DNA of 64,000 nucleotides from a virus (Duplodnaviria; Caudoviricetes), in IMG/VR virus record IMGVR_UViG_3300028591_000083, positions 143,350-207,349 of that record; one strand, given 5' to 3'. Positions 9,525-19,334 of this stretch are shown piece after piece. Position 1 is the stretch's first letter; each line of letters begins with the position of its first letter. The notes beneath the pieces were generated by a model. The model was not told the DNA's origin. It saw only the letters and a list, made by a program, of their open reading frames with translations, and ran no database searches. Made by a program: the position numbers and the translations under genes.

Positions 9525-9934
9525 AGCCTTTCAAAGCTAAATGTTTGATTTCTGTTTGTATAGTATATTTTTTTAATTCCAAAATCTTTAATCGCCGCCA
9601 TGCAAACATCACACGGTCTTGCCAACCTGAAATCCCCGTCTTTCTTCTTTGAGATAATAACAATTTCACATTTATCAAACCGGAATTTTGGATGAACCTT
9701 ACCAAGACAGTTTACCTCAGAATGTTCTTTATCAACAAAGTTCTCAATATATTTTAGATCGGTTGTAAGTCTATATTTATTTTGCAGCGGAGAAGTTTTA
9801 TCAGAATTGATACCAAAACTAACTACCTTTCCTTTATATATAAGAAAAGATACTGTTTTGGTATTCTTATATGGTTTATCTGTGTAGATATAATCGTACA
9901 TTCTACACAAACTATTAAGCAATTTATTAGTCAT
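9521..9934 (-). CDS. Zinc-dependent cytidine/dCMP deaminase-fold protein
   Basis: HSE...ARPCDVC zinc-binding motifs. Confidence 0.75.
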   Translation of the reverse strand: MTNKLLNSLCRMYDYIYTDKPYKNTKTVSFLIYKGKVVSFGINSDKTSPLQNKYRLTTDLKYIENFVDKEHSEVNCLGKVHPKFRFDKCEIVIISKKKDGDFRLARPCDVCMAAIKDFGIKKIYYTNRNQTFSFERL

Positions 9935-9940
9935 AATTAG

Positions 9941-10408
9941 TTAGTATTTATCCAATGTGTTCAAAACCGTATCAATGTACTCATAGCATTCTTCATCATC
10001 AATAACGCCGTCCTCAGATAAATGAGATGCTAACCATGAAAAATAACAACTACATACAAAATCAACATTGTTTTGGGCTACTTCAATATCGTCTGGGATT
10101 TCAATGTTTTCTTTTCTACAAACGGCTTTAAGCCTAGTAGAGAACCATTTATAATTTTGTATCTGATCTCTTTTTACACCATACGTGTTATCATAAATGA
10201 AGTCTCTTTTTGGTAACTTCTTGCCACCTTTTAGAAATTCAATATCATACAGAAATGAGTAAATTTCCTGTTTCCAGTGATTTCGGTTTATATTGTTTGG
10301 AGATAATGTAAGGTACATTAGATGTTCAACGATTTTAGGTGTTACGTTTATTAACCTTCTTTGAATTTCTTTTTTCTCCAACGCGAACTCAGTAATCAAT
10401 CTAATCAC
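9941..10408 (-). CDS. DUF29-like protein, paralog 2
   Basis: EHLM...RNHWKQEIYSFL; GTG start, GAGGTG RBS. Confidence 0.65.
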   Translation of the reverse strand: MIRLITEFALEKKEIQRRLINVTPKIVEHLMYLTLSPNNINRNHWKQEIYSFLYDIEFLKGGKKLPKRDFIYDNTYGVKRDQIQNYKWFSTRLKAVCRKENIEIPDDIEVAQNNVDFVCSCYFSWLASHLSEDGVIDDEECYEYIDTVLNTLDKY

Positions 10409-10417
10409 AATATCACC

Positions 10418-10867
10418 TCAAATAAGTTCATCTATCTTATTTTTGCATGAACTCCTTGTTACTTTTCCTGATTTTGAAAGAGTATTCGACAACCACTTAA
10501 AATATTCGGCACAGATTATATCAAAATCTGTCTGTATGGAACCAATATCTTCCGGAATGTCAATATTTTCCTCCTCACAGATAGATTCAATTTGCCGATT
10601 AAAATATTCGTTATTCAAAATATTATCTTGCCAAACTCCATAAGTAGAGTCATATATAAACCGTTCTGTCGGGAGTTTCTTTGTTGACTTCAAAATAGGT
10701 ACGTTGTTAATAAACGCATATATTTCAGATGTCCAGTTATCTCTGTTCACATTTTTCGGATCAAGAACAATGCATAGAAGGTGCTCAATAATTTCTACTG
10801 ACCTGTCAATGAGCCTATCTTCCAGATGTCTCTTTTCAATAGCTAACTCTGTGAGCAATCTAATCAC
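10418..10867 (-). CDS. DUF29-like protein, paralog 3
   Basis: EHLL...RDNWTSEIYAFI; tandem with paralog 2. Confidence 0.65.
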   Translation of the reverse strand: MIRLLTELAIEKRHLEDRLIDRSVEIIEHLLCIVLDPKNVNRDNWTSEIYAFINNVPILKSTKKLPTERFIYDSTYGVWQDNILNNEYFNRQIESICEEENIDIPEDIGSIQTDFDIICAEYFKWLSNTLSKSGKVTRSSCKNKIDELI

Positions 10868-11219
10868 TGAAATAATCCTTTCTCCATGTTACTTCAATAT
10901 GTCCACAATTTACACATTTAAGAACCTCAACTGTTGCATTCTCATGAGTTTCGACAATTTCATATAAACATGGATCAATTTCATCTTGTGTGCCTAGCAG
11001 ACTAAATGAATCGCCGCATTTATTTGATTTCGAGCAAACATATTCAAATGTTCCGGTTACTACTTCTTCAGGATAACTTCTTCCTCCACCGTACCAACAC
11101 TTATTTTGTGGAACATAAATAAAATCCTCATTATATACTCTAAACTTTGGCTTACCTTCAATGAGTGGAGTTATTTCCAGATCACCATGAAATGCTTTGT
11201 AACCTTCCGATTCAATCAT
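10860..11219 (-). CDS. Hypothetical protein with Cys motifs
   Basis: GGAGG RBS; CxxCGH near the C-terminus. Confidence 0.6.
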   Translation of the reverse strand: MIESEGYKAFHGDLEITPLIEGKPKFRVYNEDFIYVPQNKCWYGGGRSYPEEVVTGTFEYVCSKSNKCGDSFSLLGTQDEIDPCLYEIVETHENATVEVLKCVNCGHIEVTWRKDYFSD

Positions 11220-11252
11220 CTTTGAATCCTCCTATTTCATATTCTTAAATAT

Positions 11253-11281
11253 AGTATATCACAAAAATCATTCTTTGTCAA
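11253..11281 (-). promoter_or_regulatory. sigmaA promoter
   Basis: TTGACA-17-TATACT with TG. Confidence 0.75.
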
Positions 11282-11567
11282 TAGGTTTATCGAAATATTT
11301 ATTTGCTTCCTCTACCAACTCTTTGATATCAGAAGCAATTACAGGAAAATCTACTCCACCTAAAGTTCTGAAACGACCGATATATGTATCATCTGTTAGA
11401 TCGTGAAAACAGCTTTTCATAATCAGTCTATTATCTAGTGCTGCTTCAATAGCCGATTTACCAAGAAAGCTAAAATCTACTCGCTCAATATTTTCATCAA
11501 TCTTTACAAATCTCATAAGAGATTCAGTTGCTTTCTTTACAATGTTTGCGCTTACCCTGCTTTTCAT
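11268..11567 (-). CDS. Hypothetical protein
   Basis: GGAGG RBS inside the end of the Clp gene. Confidence 0.55.
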   Translation of the reverse strand: MKSRVSANIVKKATESLMRFVKIDENIERVDFSFLGKSAIEAALDNRLIMKSCFHDLTDDTYIGRFRTLGGVDFPVIASDIKELVEEANKYFDKPIDKE

Positions 11568-13764
11568 GTGTAGCTACCTCCAAATACAATTTATCGTTTT
11601 TCAATTTAACATTTATACTACTGTTTTCAAAACATCCAAACTTATCGCTATTCAATATCAAATCATCTAAATATGATTCAATATTTCGTTCAATAAATCT
11701 TACTCCATTCTTTCTATCAAAGCTATGTTCACACATAAAGTCAATGGCTTTATCACTAAATAGAATCTCTGTTCTTAATTTTTCCATATATCTTTGTGAT
11801 ATTTTTGATAGCTTTAGATTGAATATTCTACTAGATAATTCTTTTGTGATTGGCTTAAACATAATGATTGAATCTAATCTATTCCTGAACTCAGGAGATA
11901 GGAAGTTATTTACTGCGTTTGTCACCGCAGATTCTCTGAATTCTGTTTCAGTAAATCCGATTTGTTTTGTTTCAAGATATTCTTTACATCCTAGATTTGA
12001 AGTCATTATAATCAGACAGTTTCTAAAATCAACTGTTTCTCCATTTGCTTCTGTCAACCTACCGCAATCCATTATTTGAAGAAAAACATTCAATACATCT
12101 TTATGTGCTTTTTCAATTTCATCAAGAAGTATTACAGAAAATGGATTATGTTTAACGTGTTCTGTCAAGGCACCTCCTGCGTGAAATCCGACATAGCCGG
12201 GTGGAGAGCCAATAATTTTAGAAACTGAATGTGATTCCATAAACTCAGACATATCTAATCGAATAAAACTTTCGTCTGAGAATATGTGTTTTGCAATTAG
12301 TTTACTCAATTCTGTTTTTCCTGTTCCTGTAGATCCTACAAAAAGAACAGATGCTATTGGCTTTTCAACATTGTTTAGTCCTACAAAATAACGCTTGATG
12401 TACCGCATCATAGTATCTACGGCTTCATCCTGTCCAATAATAGATGCTTTTATATCTTTGGTTATTTTATCTATGTCTGGTTTCTGTTGATCTTTTGTTT
12501 CAATATTTAAGTAACTCATAAGTAAGTTACTTACAAGTTTATTATCCGGATCACAACCACTTAGCTTTGCCTGAACACATACTTTATCTAAAATATCTAA
12601 CGCCTTATCTGGAAAATACCGATTCCGTATATACAAGTCACACATATCAATAATACACTGACACACTGAATCTGATACTGTCACACCGTGAAATTTCTCA
12701 TAAGCACTTTTTGAATTCTTTACGATTTCAAATGCTACTTCTTTCGTTGGTTCAGCAATATGAATTTTTTGAAATCTTCGTTCAAACGCCCTGTCTGTTT
12801 CAATCTTCCGGTACTCTTTTTCTGTCGTGCATCCAATGACAATAGATTCTCTTGAAAGAAAATTCTTTAATACACTTTCTATTGGAACACTATCACTATC
12901 ACCTGTACCACTCGTAAACAATGTATGAATCTCATCAATGAACAGTATAATATTCCTATGTGATTCTAATTCTGAGATTAGTTCTTGAAGTCTTTTTTCA
13001 AGATCACCTCTATACGTGGTTCCACTTACTAACTTATTAGTGTCGAGTGAAAAAACACATTTACCTTCTAACTGTTTCGGGCATTTTTCTGATTGAATAT
13101 AATTACAGATACCATAAACAACAGAGGTTTTACCTACACCTGTATTTCCAACCAGAAGAACATTTGATTTTTTCATCTGACAAAGTGTTTTAATACTTTT
13201 TTCAATTTCAACTTCTCTTCCGAAACAATCACGATGTTTTATCATCAATGGATTTATTAGATATTCACCATAAGCACATAACTTAGATGACATCGGATTT
13301 CCTATTTTTCCAACAATAAATGTGAGTACATCTTTACGTGCTTTTTCGGAAGCATTATTAAATAATGCATTTTCAAAAAATATGTAGCTTTTCAAACTCT
13401 TATTTGATAACAGCAGGTATGTAACATACTGAGTAAGAAGTTCTGAATCAATCTTCTGCTTGTATGATCTGATAAAGAATAAATAATTATCTAAGAATTC
13501 CTCAAACTCATATGATAACTTTATATCCTCATACTCAAAATACTTCTTCTCTGCTGCACCATCTTGTTTCAACATCGTATTGATTACTTTGTCATAGCTT
13601 TCTTTTATATTATCTACTACAATCTTTTTTACAATTCCTTGTTGAACGCATAAAGCGGAGAACAATTCTGTATCAATCACTTCATATTTATTTGGAAGCA
13701 TTCTGAATGTAAGTTGTGCCGTTTTAGGTAGTTTTGTAAAAAAGTCTACATATTTTGATTGCAA
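11524..13764 (-). CDS. ClpA/ClpC-like Hsp100 AAA+ ATPase
   Basis: Two AAA modules (GNTGVGKT/FIDEIH; GSTGTGKT/LLDEIEKAH), GSPPGYVG pore loop, IGF loop. Confidence 0.92.
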   Translation of the reverse strand: MQSKYVDFFTKLPKTAQLTFRMLPNKYEVIDTELFSALCVQQGIVKKIVVDNIKESYDKVINTMLKQDGAAEKKYFEYEDIKLSYEFEEFLDNYLFFIRSYKQKIDSELLTQYVTYLLLSNKSLKSYIFFENALFNNASEKARKDVLTFIVGKIGNPMSSKLCAYGEYLINPLMIKHRDCFGREVEIEKSIKTLCQMKKSNVLLVGNTGVGKTSVVYGICNYIQSEKCPKQLEGKCVFSLDTNKLVSGTTYRGDLEKRLQELISELESHRNIILFIDEIHTLFTSGTGDSDSVPIESVLKNFLSRESIVIGCTTEKEYRKIETDRAFERRFQKIHIAEPTKEVAFEIVKNSKSAYEKFHGVTVSDSVCQCIIDMCDLYIRNRYFPDKALDILDKVCVQAKLSGCDPDNKLVSNLLMSYLNIETKDQQKPDIDKITKDIKASIIGQDEAVDTMMRYIKRYFVGLNNVEKPIASVLFVGSTGTGKTELSKLIAKHIFSDESFIRLDMSEFMESHSVSKIIGSPPGYVGFHAGGALTEHVKHNPFSVILLDEIEKAHKDVLNVFLQIMDCGRLTEANGETVDFRNCLIIMTSNLGCKEYLETKQIGFTETEFRESAVTNAVNNFLSPEFRNRLDSIIMFKPITKELSSRIFNLKLSKISQRYMEKLRTEILFSDKAIDFMCEHSFDRKNGVRFIERNIESYLDDLILNSDKFGCFENSSINVKLKNDKLYLEVATHEKQGKRKHCKESN

Positions 13765-13770
13765 TTTTCA

Positions 13771-14031
13771 TCACCGCCAGAACTGTGGATTTTCGTACTT
13801 CCTGTACTCTGCATCAAGTTTCTTTAGCTTTCTGTCACACATATAAATCTTATGATGTGTTTTCTGTCTCGTCAGTGTATATTCGCGCTTATCTTCAACA
13901 AGACCTTCTTTTAGTTTTTCACTCATTCTATCAAGATCAGCATAGTATTCCTCTATGCAATCTTTAAGTGTTTTTCTTTCTTTTTCAATAGTTCTTAAAA
14001 TGAAATCTCTATCAATTTTCATTCCAAACAT
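13771..14031 (-). CDS. Hypothetical coiled-coil protein
   Basis: First gene behind a sigmaA promoter, GAGGTG RBS. Confidence 0.6.
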   Translation of the reverse strand: MFGMKIDRDFILRTIEKERKTLKDCIEEYYADLDRMSEKLKEGLVEDKREYTLTRQKTHHKIYMCDRKLKKLDAEYRKYENPQFWR

Positions 14032-14049
14032 CTAGTTCACCTCATATCT

Positions 14050-14078
14050 ATTATAACACAAAGTATAGAAAAAGTCAA
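14050..14078 (-). promoter_or_regulatory. sigmaA promoter
   Basis: TTGACT-17-TATAAT with TG. Confidence 0.78.
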
Positions 14079-14094
14079 GTATTACAACAAAAAA

Positions 14095-14120
14095 TCACTC
14101 AGATATTTCTACCTGAGTGA
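14095..14120 (-). terminator. Intrinsic terminator
   Basis: tcactcag...ctgagtga stem followed by a U tract on the minus strand. Confidence 0.7.
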
Positions 14121-14208
14121 CTATGATTCTTTCTTTTACACCGTGAATCTACGGTGTTATCTAGCCAACAAGTTTTCTTTTTATCGTGGTTACTTTCCAA
14201 CGCTGTCT

Positions 14209-14922
14209 TCATAACTCTAAGCTGTCTGCTGTTTGACTAATCCAACCTCTATAATTCTTTGTTAGCTTACAAACAGCAACTCTTGGATCATTGAAACTTT
14301 GAAAATAATCCATATACTTTACAAATGAATCTTTTGGATCATCAATATCTTTTTGTAGGTTGTGTCCAATGACGATTACTTTACAATCATCATTTACTCT
14401 AGTGAGGATTTTCTTTAGATCTGGAAATCCGACATTTTGAGCTTCGTCAATAATAACAACCTTATTCTCAAAGTTTGTTCCTCTTAGATATGTATGTGTT
14501 AGACATTTTACATAACCAGTTGATTCTTTATTTGCGGATGCTAATGAATCATTATATATTGCCTTTGGCGGAAAAATATTACATTTAATCATTGCTTGAT
14601 ATAGCGGTTCAAAATAAACCTCTGATTTTTCTGTAATATCACCCGGCAAGAATCCTTGTTTACCTTCACCGTATGGACTCACAACATAAATAATACCATC
14701 GTATTTTCCATACTCGTAAAGTAGATTTGCAGTTGCGAATGCCATGACCGTTTTGCCTGATCCGGCTCTGGCGTTGCAGAACACAATTCTAACAGACTCA
14801 TCCCATATATTGTCTCTAAAATATCTTTGATCTTCATCTAATGTAAACCCATAGAAAGGATGTTCAGAAAGTGTTTCCGGAGCATCTTTTGGTGCTTCAA
14901 CTACTTTCTTTGGTCGTGCCAT
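14209..14922 (-). CDS. phoH: PhoH-family ATPase
   Basis: ARAGSGKT, GFLPGDITEK, YLRGTNF, IIDEAQN, GHNLQKD. Confidence 0.9.
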   Translation of the reverse strand: MARPKKVVEAPKDAPETLSEHPFYGFTLDEDQRYFRDNIWDESVRIVFCNARAGSGKTVMAFATANLLYEYGKYDGIIYVVSPYGEGKQGFLPGDITEKSEVYFEPLYQAMIKCNIFPPKAIYNDSLASANKESTGYVKCLTHTYLRGTNFENKVVIIDEAQNVGFPDLKKILTRVNDDCKVIVIGHNLQKDIDDPKDSFVKYMDYFQSFNDPRVAVCKLTKNYRGWISQTADSLEL

Positions 14923-14937
14923 AAGGCATCACTCTCC

Positions 14938-15306
14938 TTAGAATAATTTTGGTTTTGATTTAGTGCTAAGATGTGTTAGAACAATATCTTCCTTCTTTTT
15001 CTTGATATCTGAGGATTTATGTGAATTATCTGCGCCTGTCACTATTTCAACAAACCGAATATCGGAATCTTCATATTTACACCGAACATATTTTATTGAC
15101 ATTGTTTTAGATATAATATAAGCATCAAACTCATACTCATTAGCTGAAGAAGCTATTTCATCACTATATTTATCTGAATCCACATATGCCAAATAATATA
15201 TTAAGCTGTCTGTTGCAGAAACGTATTTTAGTTTATTATTTATTAAATATTTTGAAGATATTGTTCTATTCTTTGGAATCTTTTTAATGTCTGATTGGAA
15301 GTCCAT
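14938..15306 (-). CDS. Hypothetical protein (ends in KPKLF)
   Basis: Packed ORF. Confidence 0.6.
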   Translation of the reverse strand: MDFQSDIKKIPKNRTISSKYLINNKLKYVSATDSLIYYLAYVDSDKYSDEIASSANEYEFDAYIISKTMSIKYVRCKYEDSDIRFVEIVTGADNSHKSSDIKKKKEDIVLTHLSTKSKPKLF

Positions 15307-15841
15307 TATTCACTGTTCCGGTATCTATTAAATCTTTAATTGGGTATGTTTTGAACGGTTCAACCCAATCCCATTCGTCAGCAACAAAGTTTGGAATATC
15401 TGAAATAGACTTATCCGTGTATCTTGTTTCAAGTTGATCTGTTACATATACTGCTGTTTTTATCATATTAGGATACAAACACTTAATATAGTCTCTGTAT
15501 ACATATCTATACCCAGAGGCATATAAACCTTTCAGTATTTCAACAACTTGTTCTGTCAAAACGATTGGAAGTGATATACGTACATTAAATCCAAAATTAT
15601 TCAATACTGTGATTATATCATCATTTTGCATTCTTGCTGTTTCTGGTATAATCGTTGAGTGGATATCTGTTCCAAATGCGGCGAAATAAACTTCATTTGT
15701 ATTATAGTCAATAACAGATATCTTTGTTCCTTCTAATTTATCTGAATTATATTCAGATACGACAATCCTAAGACTGTCGTATCCTTCTGATCTTGCTTTA
15801 ACTAATTGTTTCCAATTAGATATTTCTAAAATAGTATTCAT
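15284..15841 (-). CDS. Hypothetical protein
   Basis: Packed ORF with RBS. Confidence 0.65.
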   Translation of the reverse strand: MNTILEISNWKQLVKARSEGYDSLRIVVSEYNSDKLEGTKISVIDYNTNEVYFAAFGTDIHSTIIPETARMQNDDIITVLNNFGFNVRISLPIVLTEQVVEILKGLYASGYRYVYRDYIKCLYPNMIKTAVYVTDQLETRYTDKSISDIPNFVADEWDWVEPFKTYPIKDLIDTGTVNNGLPIRH

Positions 15842-15859
15842 TATTATACCACCTTACAA

Positions 15860-17164
15860 TTAAGATGTTCTGACAGTCCAGCCGGTAGCGCCACCATTAT
15901 AAACAACATAACCGGGACTAACACCATCACCTTCTTGTGCTGTGTATAGGTCGTTGATTTTAGGCTGAATTGCTTCAAGTCTGCCAAGAACAGAATACTG
16001 ATCTGTTTGTCCGGCAGGTGCAGCTTTAGATGCCGCTCTATGAAGAATGTCATACCATATTGTTCCAGACGTTGAATCTGTTCCTAGTTTTGTTGAAACG
16101 GAATTTACATTAGTTCCAACTCCGCTAATGCTGCCAAAAACAGAAGAACTGGATGTATCGCCAGAGTTTCCTATCTTACCGCTCACATTATTCACTGATC
16201 CAAAAATAGTAGATGTTCCTGTATCAGAATCAGAACCAAGTGTTGATTTGACACTATTTACTTTTCCAAATACAGAGGTACTTGACGAGGAATCATCCGA
16301 TGTTCCTATTGTAGAATATAGTGTTGGATGTCCATCTGTTCCAAAAGCTCCCAACTGATTCACACTAATATTTTCAAAATTCGCTTCCTCAATATCTGTT
16401 TGTTGTTTAACTGAACATGATACTGAACGTACAGTTCCTCCATAAGCGTCTGAATCATTTTCATCTCTAAGAGCTTTAGAAATAGTATACAAATCTGTAT
16501 CAGCTTTAATATTTGTAGCAACCTTGTTTATCTTATCGTTTGTGGAAGATAGAACTTGTTGCATTGCACTATAACCAACATTCATTTGCTGCCCAAGACC
16601 AACAAAATCGTCACTTCCGATAACAAGTGTTTTTGCAAGCTCGGATGCCGTTTTTGGAATAATCATTGGATGTTCCTCACTAACAATTTCCGGTGTTCTG
16701 TCAATCGTTATATCTGAGAAATCTTCATCTGCAAACTTTTCAGAGAAATTAACTTGTGAACCTGTCAAATCATAATGCAGTTGATACGTCATTCTATCAA
16801 TGGCTCTTACAACTGGGTTGTCTGTTTGTTGTTCTGCTATTGCTTTCTCTAGCTTATCTATCCACTCTTTAGCATACTTATTTAACTTAGATAACTTATC
16901 TTTTTTATTTATCTGGATTGATCCGGCACTTACCTTTTCAGGAAATTCAGAGGTTCTATCATCAATATATACAGGCATTGAGTTGCCAGATACAAATATC
17001 ATAAAACCTTTGAATTTTACACCGAATTTAATTTTAGCCCAGAATGTTGTATTTCCAACCAATAGAGATAGTTCATCAAACCGTATCAATAATGGGTCTG
17101 ACATTCTAAGAACTGTTGGATATTCAGTTGTTGGTGTGTACGCCACAACTATCACCGCTCTCAA
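15860..17164 (-). CDS. Putative virion fibre/appendage protein with C-terminal Gly/Ser repeats
   Basis: Repeats of IG.S.D...S.VFG.VN.V. Confidence 0.5.
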   Translation of the reverse strand: MRAVIVVAYTPTTEYPTVLRMSDPLLIRFDELSLLVGNTTFWAKIKFGVKFKGFMIFVSGNSMPVYIDDRTSEFPEKVSAGSIQINKKDKLSKLNKYAKEWIDKLEKAIAEQQTDNPVVRAIDRMTYQLHYDLTGSQVNFSEKFADEDFSDITIDRTPEIVSEEHPMIIPKTASELAKTLVIGSDDFVGLGQQMNVGYSAMQQVLSSTNDKINKVATNIKADTDLYTISKALRDENDSDAYGGTVRSVSCSVKQQTDIEEANFENISVNQLGAFGTDGHPTLYSTIGTSDDSSSSTSVFGKVNSVKSTLGSDSDTGTSTIFGSVNNVSGKIGNSGDTSSSSVFGSISGVGTNVNSVSTKLGTDSTSGTIWYDILHRAASKAAPAGQTDQYSVLGRLEAIQPKINDLYTAQEGDGVSPGYVVYNGGATGWTVRTS

Positions 17165-17670
17165 ATAATGTTAAAGGAAATCCTGTCCTTCCGGAATTCC
17201 ACTACTTCTATTGTTTGTAAATATTCTTTATAAAATGTTAAAATACCTGTATTTGTTATATCTGGATCTTGATGCTTAAACAGTCCATTTCTATCATCGG
17301 CAAACACATCAACTTTATGAATTGGTTTCAAATACCAAGAATAGATATTTTGTCCTGACACATTGATGTGCCAGCCCCAATTAAGTTCATATTCTTTACA
17401 TGAATCAATGTGCAACTTTACAACATCACCCGGAAGCAGGAAACCAATTCCTAAAACATAGAGACATTCTGTTGTATAAGTATATTCTCCTTTATTATAT
17501 GTTGTTGCAACATCATCTTTAATTTGTGTCAGTGTTGAAAACTGCCCATTTTCATCAAATGTCACAGCAATACTTCCTGTTAGAAGATTTCCTTCTAAAT
17601 CATAAAAGGAGAAATACTGCAATGAATCACTTTCTCTACTATCATGCAACTTGTTAAATTCATCAAACAT
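17161..17670 (-). CDS. Hypothetical protein
   Basis: Packed ORF. Confidence 0.6.
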   Translation of the reverse strand: MFDEFNKLHDSRESDSLQYFSFYDLEGNLLTGSIAVTFDENGQFSTLTQIKDDVATTYNKGEYTYTTECLYVLGIGFLLPGDVVKLHIDSCKEYELNWGWHINVSGQNIYSWYLKPIHKVDVFADDRNGLFKHQDPDITNTGILTFYKEYLQTIEVVEFRKDRISFNII

Positions 17671-17672
17671 TT

Positions 17673-18203
17673 TTAATCGTCACCTTTCTGTTCTTCTACA
17701 TCAATAACTTCTGATTCTTCTGAGAACTTTGAAAGCTGAGATAACAGACTTCCGGCTAGATTTCTAATAGCATCTCTTGAATCGGCATCTAAAACAGTTG
17801 CTTTTTGACCATCCGGAGTAATAATATTTGTTGTATTGAAGACAACGCTTTGCAGCCGATCATCTTTCAATACCTGAGAAACTGTTTCATTTGCATCTGC
17901 CAAACATTTAGAAATTGTTTCCATAGCCATAGACAGCATCGTAATACTCTCAGGCTCGTTCTCAATTCTATTGTTCACAGCTTCTATAAACTTATCCTCT
18001 AATTTTTCTAAAAAGTTTGTTAGTTTAATAATCCTATTCAAACTATTTCTTGCTTGTGCTACAACAAATAACTTCGTTCTAGCCATCAGTTGTTCGCCGT
18101 TTATATCTACTGGATTTTCAAGATCATTATTAGCAAGTTGTTTCATCATTATCATAGATGAATTTTCAGAATCACCTATTTTGATTGCTAATTCTTCGCT
18201 CAT
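17673..18203 (-). CDS. Helical hypothetical protein (possibly terminase-small-subunit-like)
   Basis: Helical, acidic tail EVIDVEE; function is a guess. Confidence 0.4.
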   Translation of the reverse strand: MSEELAIKIGDSENSSMIMMKQLANNDLENPVDINGEQLMARTKLFVVAQARNSLNRIIKLTNFLEKLEDKFIEAVNNRIENEPESITMLSMAMETISKCLADANETVSQVLKDDRLQSVVFNTTNIITPDGQKATVLDADSRDAIRNLAGSLLSQLSKFSEESEVIDVEEQKGDD

Positions 18204-18634
18204 TCAAATCCCTCCACCATTCTCTTATACAGCTCAGTTAATCTCTGAGAATATAGTGTTGATAGTGCTTCTGCTAGTTCTGTGTTTTTCTTTGCATAAG
18301 CCATTGATACATCTGACTTGAATGCGCTTGTTGGCTCAAATTCAAAATCAAAATGTAATGATGGTTCGTCAGTCAGTCTGTGCTTTTCATGAAACACTCT
18401 TGGCTTAACTGTAACTGTTCCAATCAGAGGAATTTCCACATTCGCTACTCTATCTTCTATTGGAGTATCTTCTGAAAACTGACATACTTGTTCTGTTACT
18501 TTGTAAGCCATAATCAACTCAATCAGGCGGAGGAAGTCAAAATTGTATCTGTAAGAGCTTCCTTGTAGCTGCTCTATTTCTCTCGCCATAACTTTTGCTT
18601 CTGTAGAAGAAACGCTACCTTTTAATCGTGCCAT
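18200..18634 (-). CDS. HU/IHF-like DNA-binding protein
   Basis: VEIPLIGTVTVKPR...FEFEPTSAFKSDV matches the HU arm pattern. Confidence 0.45.
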   Translation of the reverse strand: MARLKGSVSSTEAKVMAREIEQLQGSSYRYNFDFLRLIELIMAYKVTEQVCQFSEDTPIEDRVANVEIPLIGTVTVKPRVFHEKHRLTDEPSLHFDFEFEPTSAFKSDVSMAYAKKNTELAEALSTLYSQRLTELYKRMVEGFE

Positions 18635-18636
18635 AG

Positions 18637-18924
18637 TTAATCTAACTCCTTTAATGTTCTTAGTAAAGTTTTCCTATTCTTTGATAATAGTCTAAGAAGT
18701 TTTACAACGCACTTCTTCACCTGTTCAAAATCATCACAATCCACATATACCTCTAACTTGTGTAACACAGAATCGAAGTCATCATTTTCTCTTTTGTATA
18801 TAGAAGATAACTTTTTATGCACACAGGAATTGAAGAAGTCCTGCTTTGATATCGGATTATTTATTCTTTTTTCTAGTCTATCACAACTAGCAATTATGAT
18901 TGGCTTCATTACATCATGGTTCAT
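18637..18924 (-). CDS. Hypothetical protein
   Basis: Packed ORF, GGTGA RBS. Confidence 0.55.
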   Translation of the reverse strand: MNHDVMKPIIIASCDRLEKRINNPISKQDFFNSCVHKKLSSIYKRENDDFDSVLHKLEVYVDCDDFEQVKKCVVKLLRLLSKNRKTLLRTLKELD

Positions 18925-18941
18925 CGGATATCACCGCCTAA

Positions 18942-19325
18942 TCAATAGTCACGATTTCCTATCTTTGTTTTTGCTAGAGTTGCTTTTAGCTTTTCTAACT
19001 TATTTTTTGCAAGTTTTCCTGATCCTGTTCTATATCCTGCCATAACAACAGCATCTTTCCACGGTCTTTTCTCAACTTCTGCATACTGGAACAATCTAAG
19101 AACCTGAATTGCATCTGCGAATTCTTCTTTTGTTGGAATCTTAATTGTTCTTCCTGCCATATATTGAACAATGTTTTCAAATGATTCAACATCTGTCAAA
19201 TAACACAACTCAGAAATAATCGAGTATTCAGGTACTTCATGCAAGTCATACAAAAGACTGCACATAATAGAATAAACATCTGAATCTCTTAATTTTCCAA
19301 TAAGATCATTTACATTTTCAACCAT
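18942..19325 (-). CDS. Mor/C-like transcription regulator
   Basis: IVQYMAGRTIKIPT resembles the Mor family L..fGG..iyiP motif. Confidence 0.45.
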   Translation of the reverse strand: MVENVNDLIGKLRDSDVYSIMCSLLYDLHEVPEYSIISELCYLTDVESFENIVQYMAGRTIKIPTKEEFADAIQVLRLFQYAEVEKRPWKDAVVMAGYRTGSGKLAKNKLEKLKATLAKTKIGNRDY

Positions 19326-19334
19326 GATACTACC

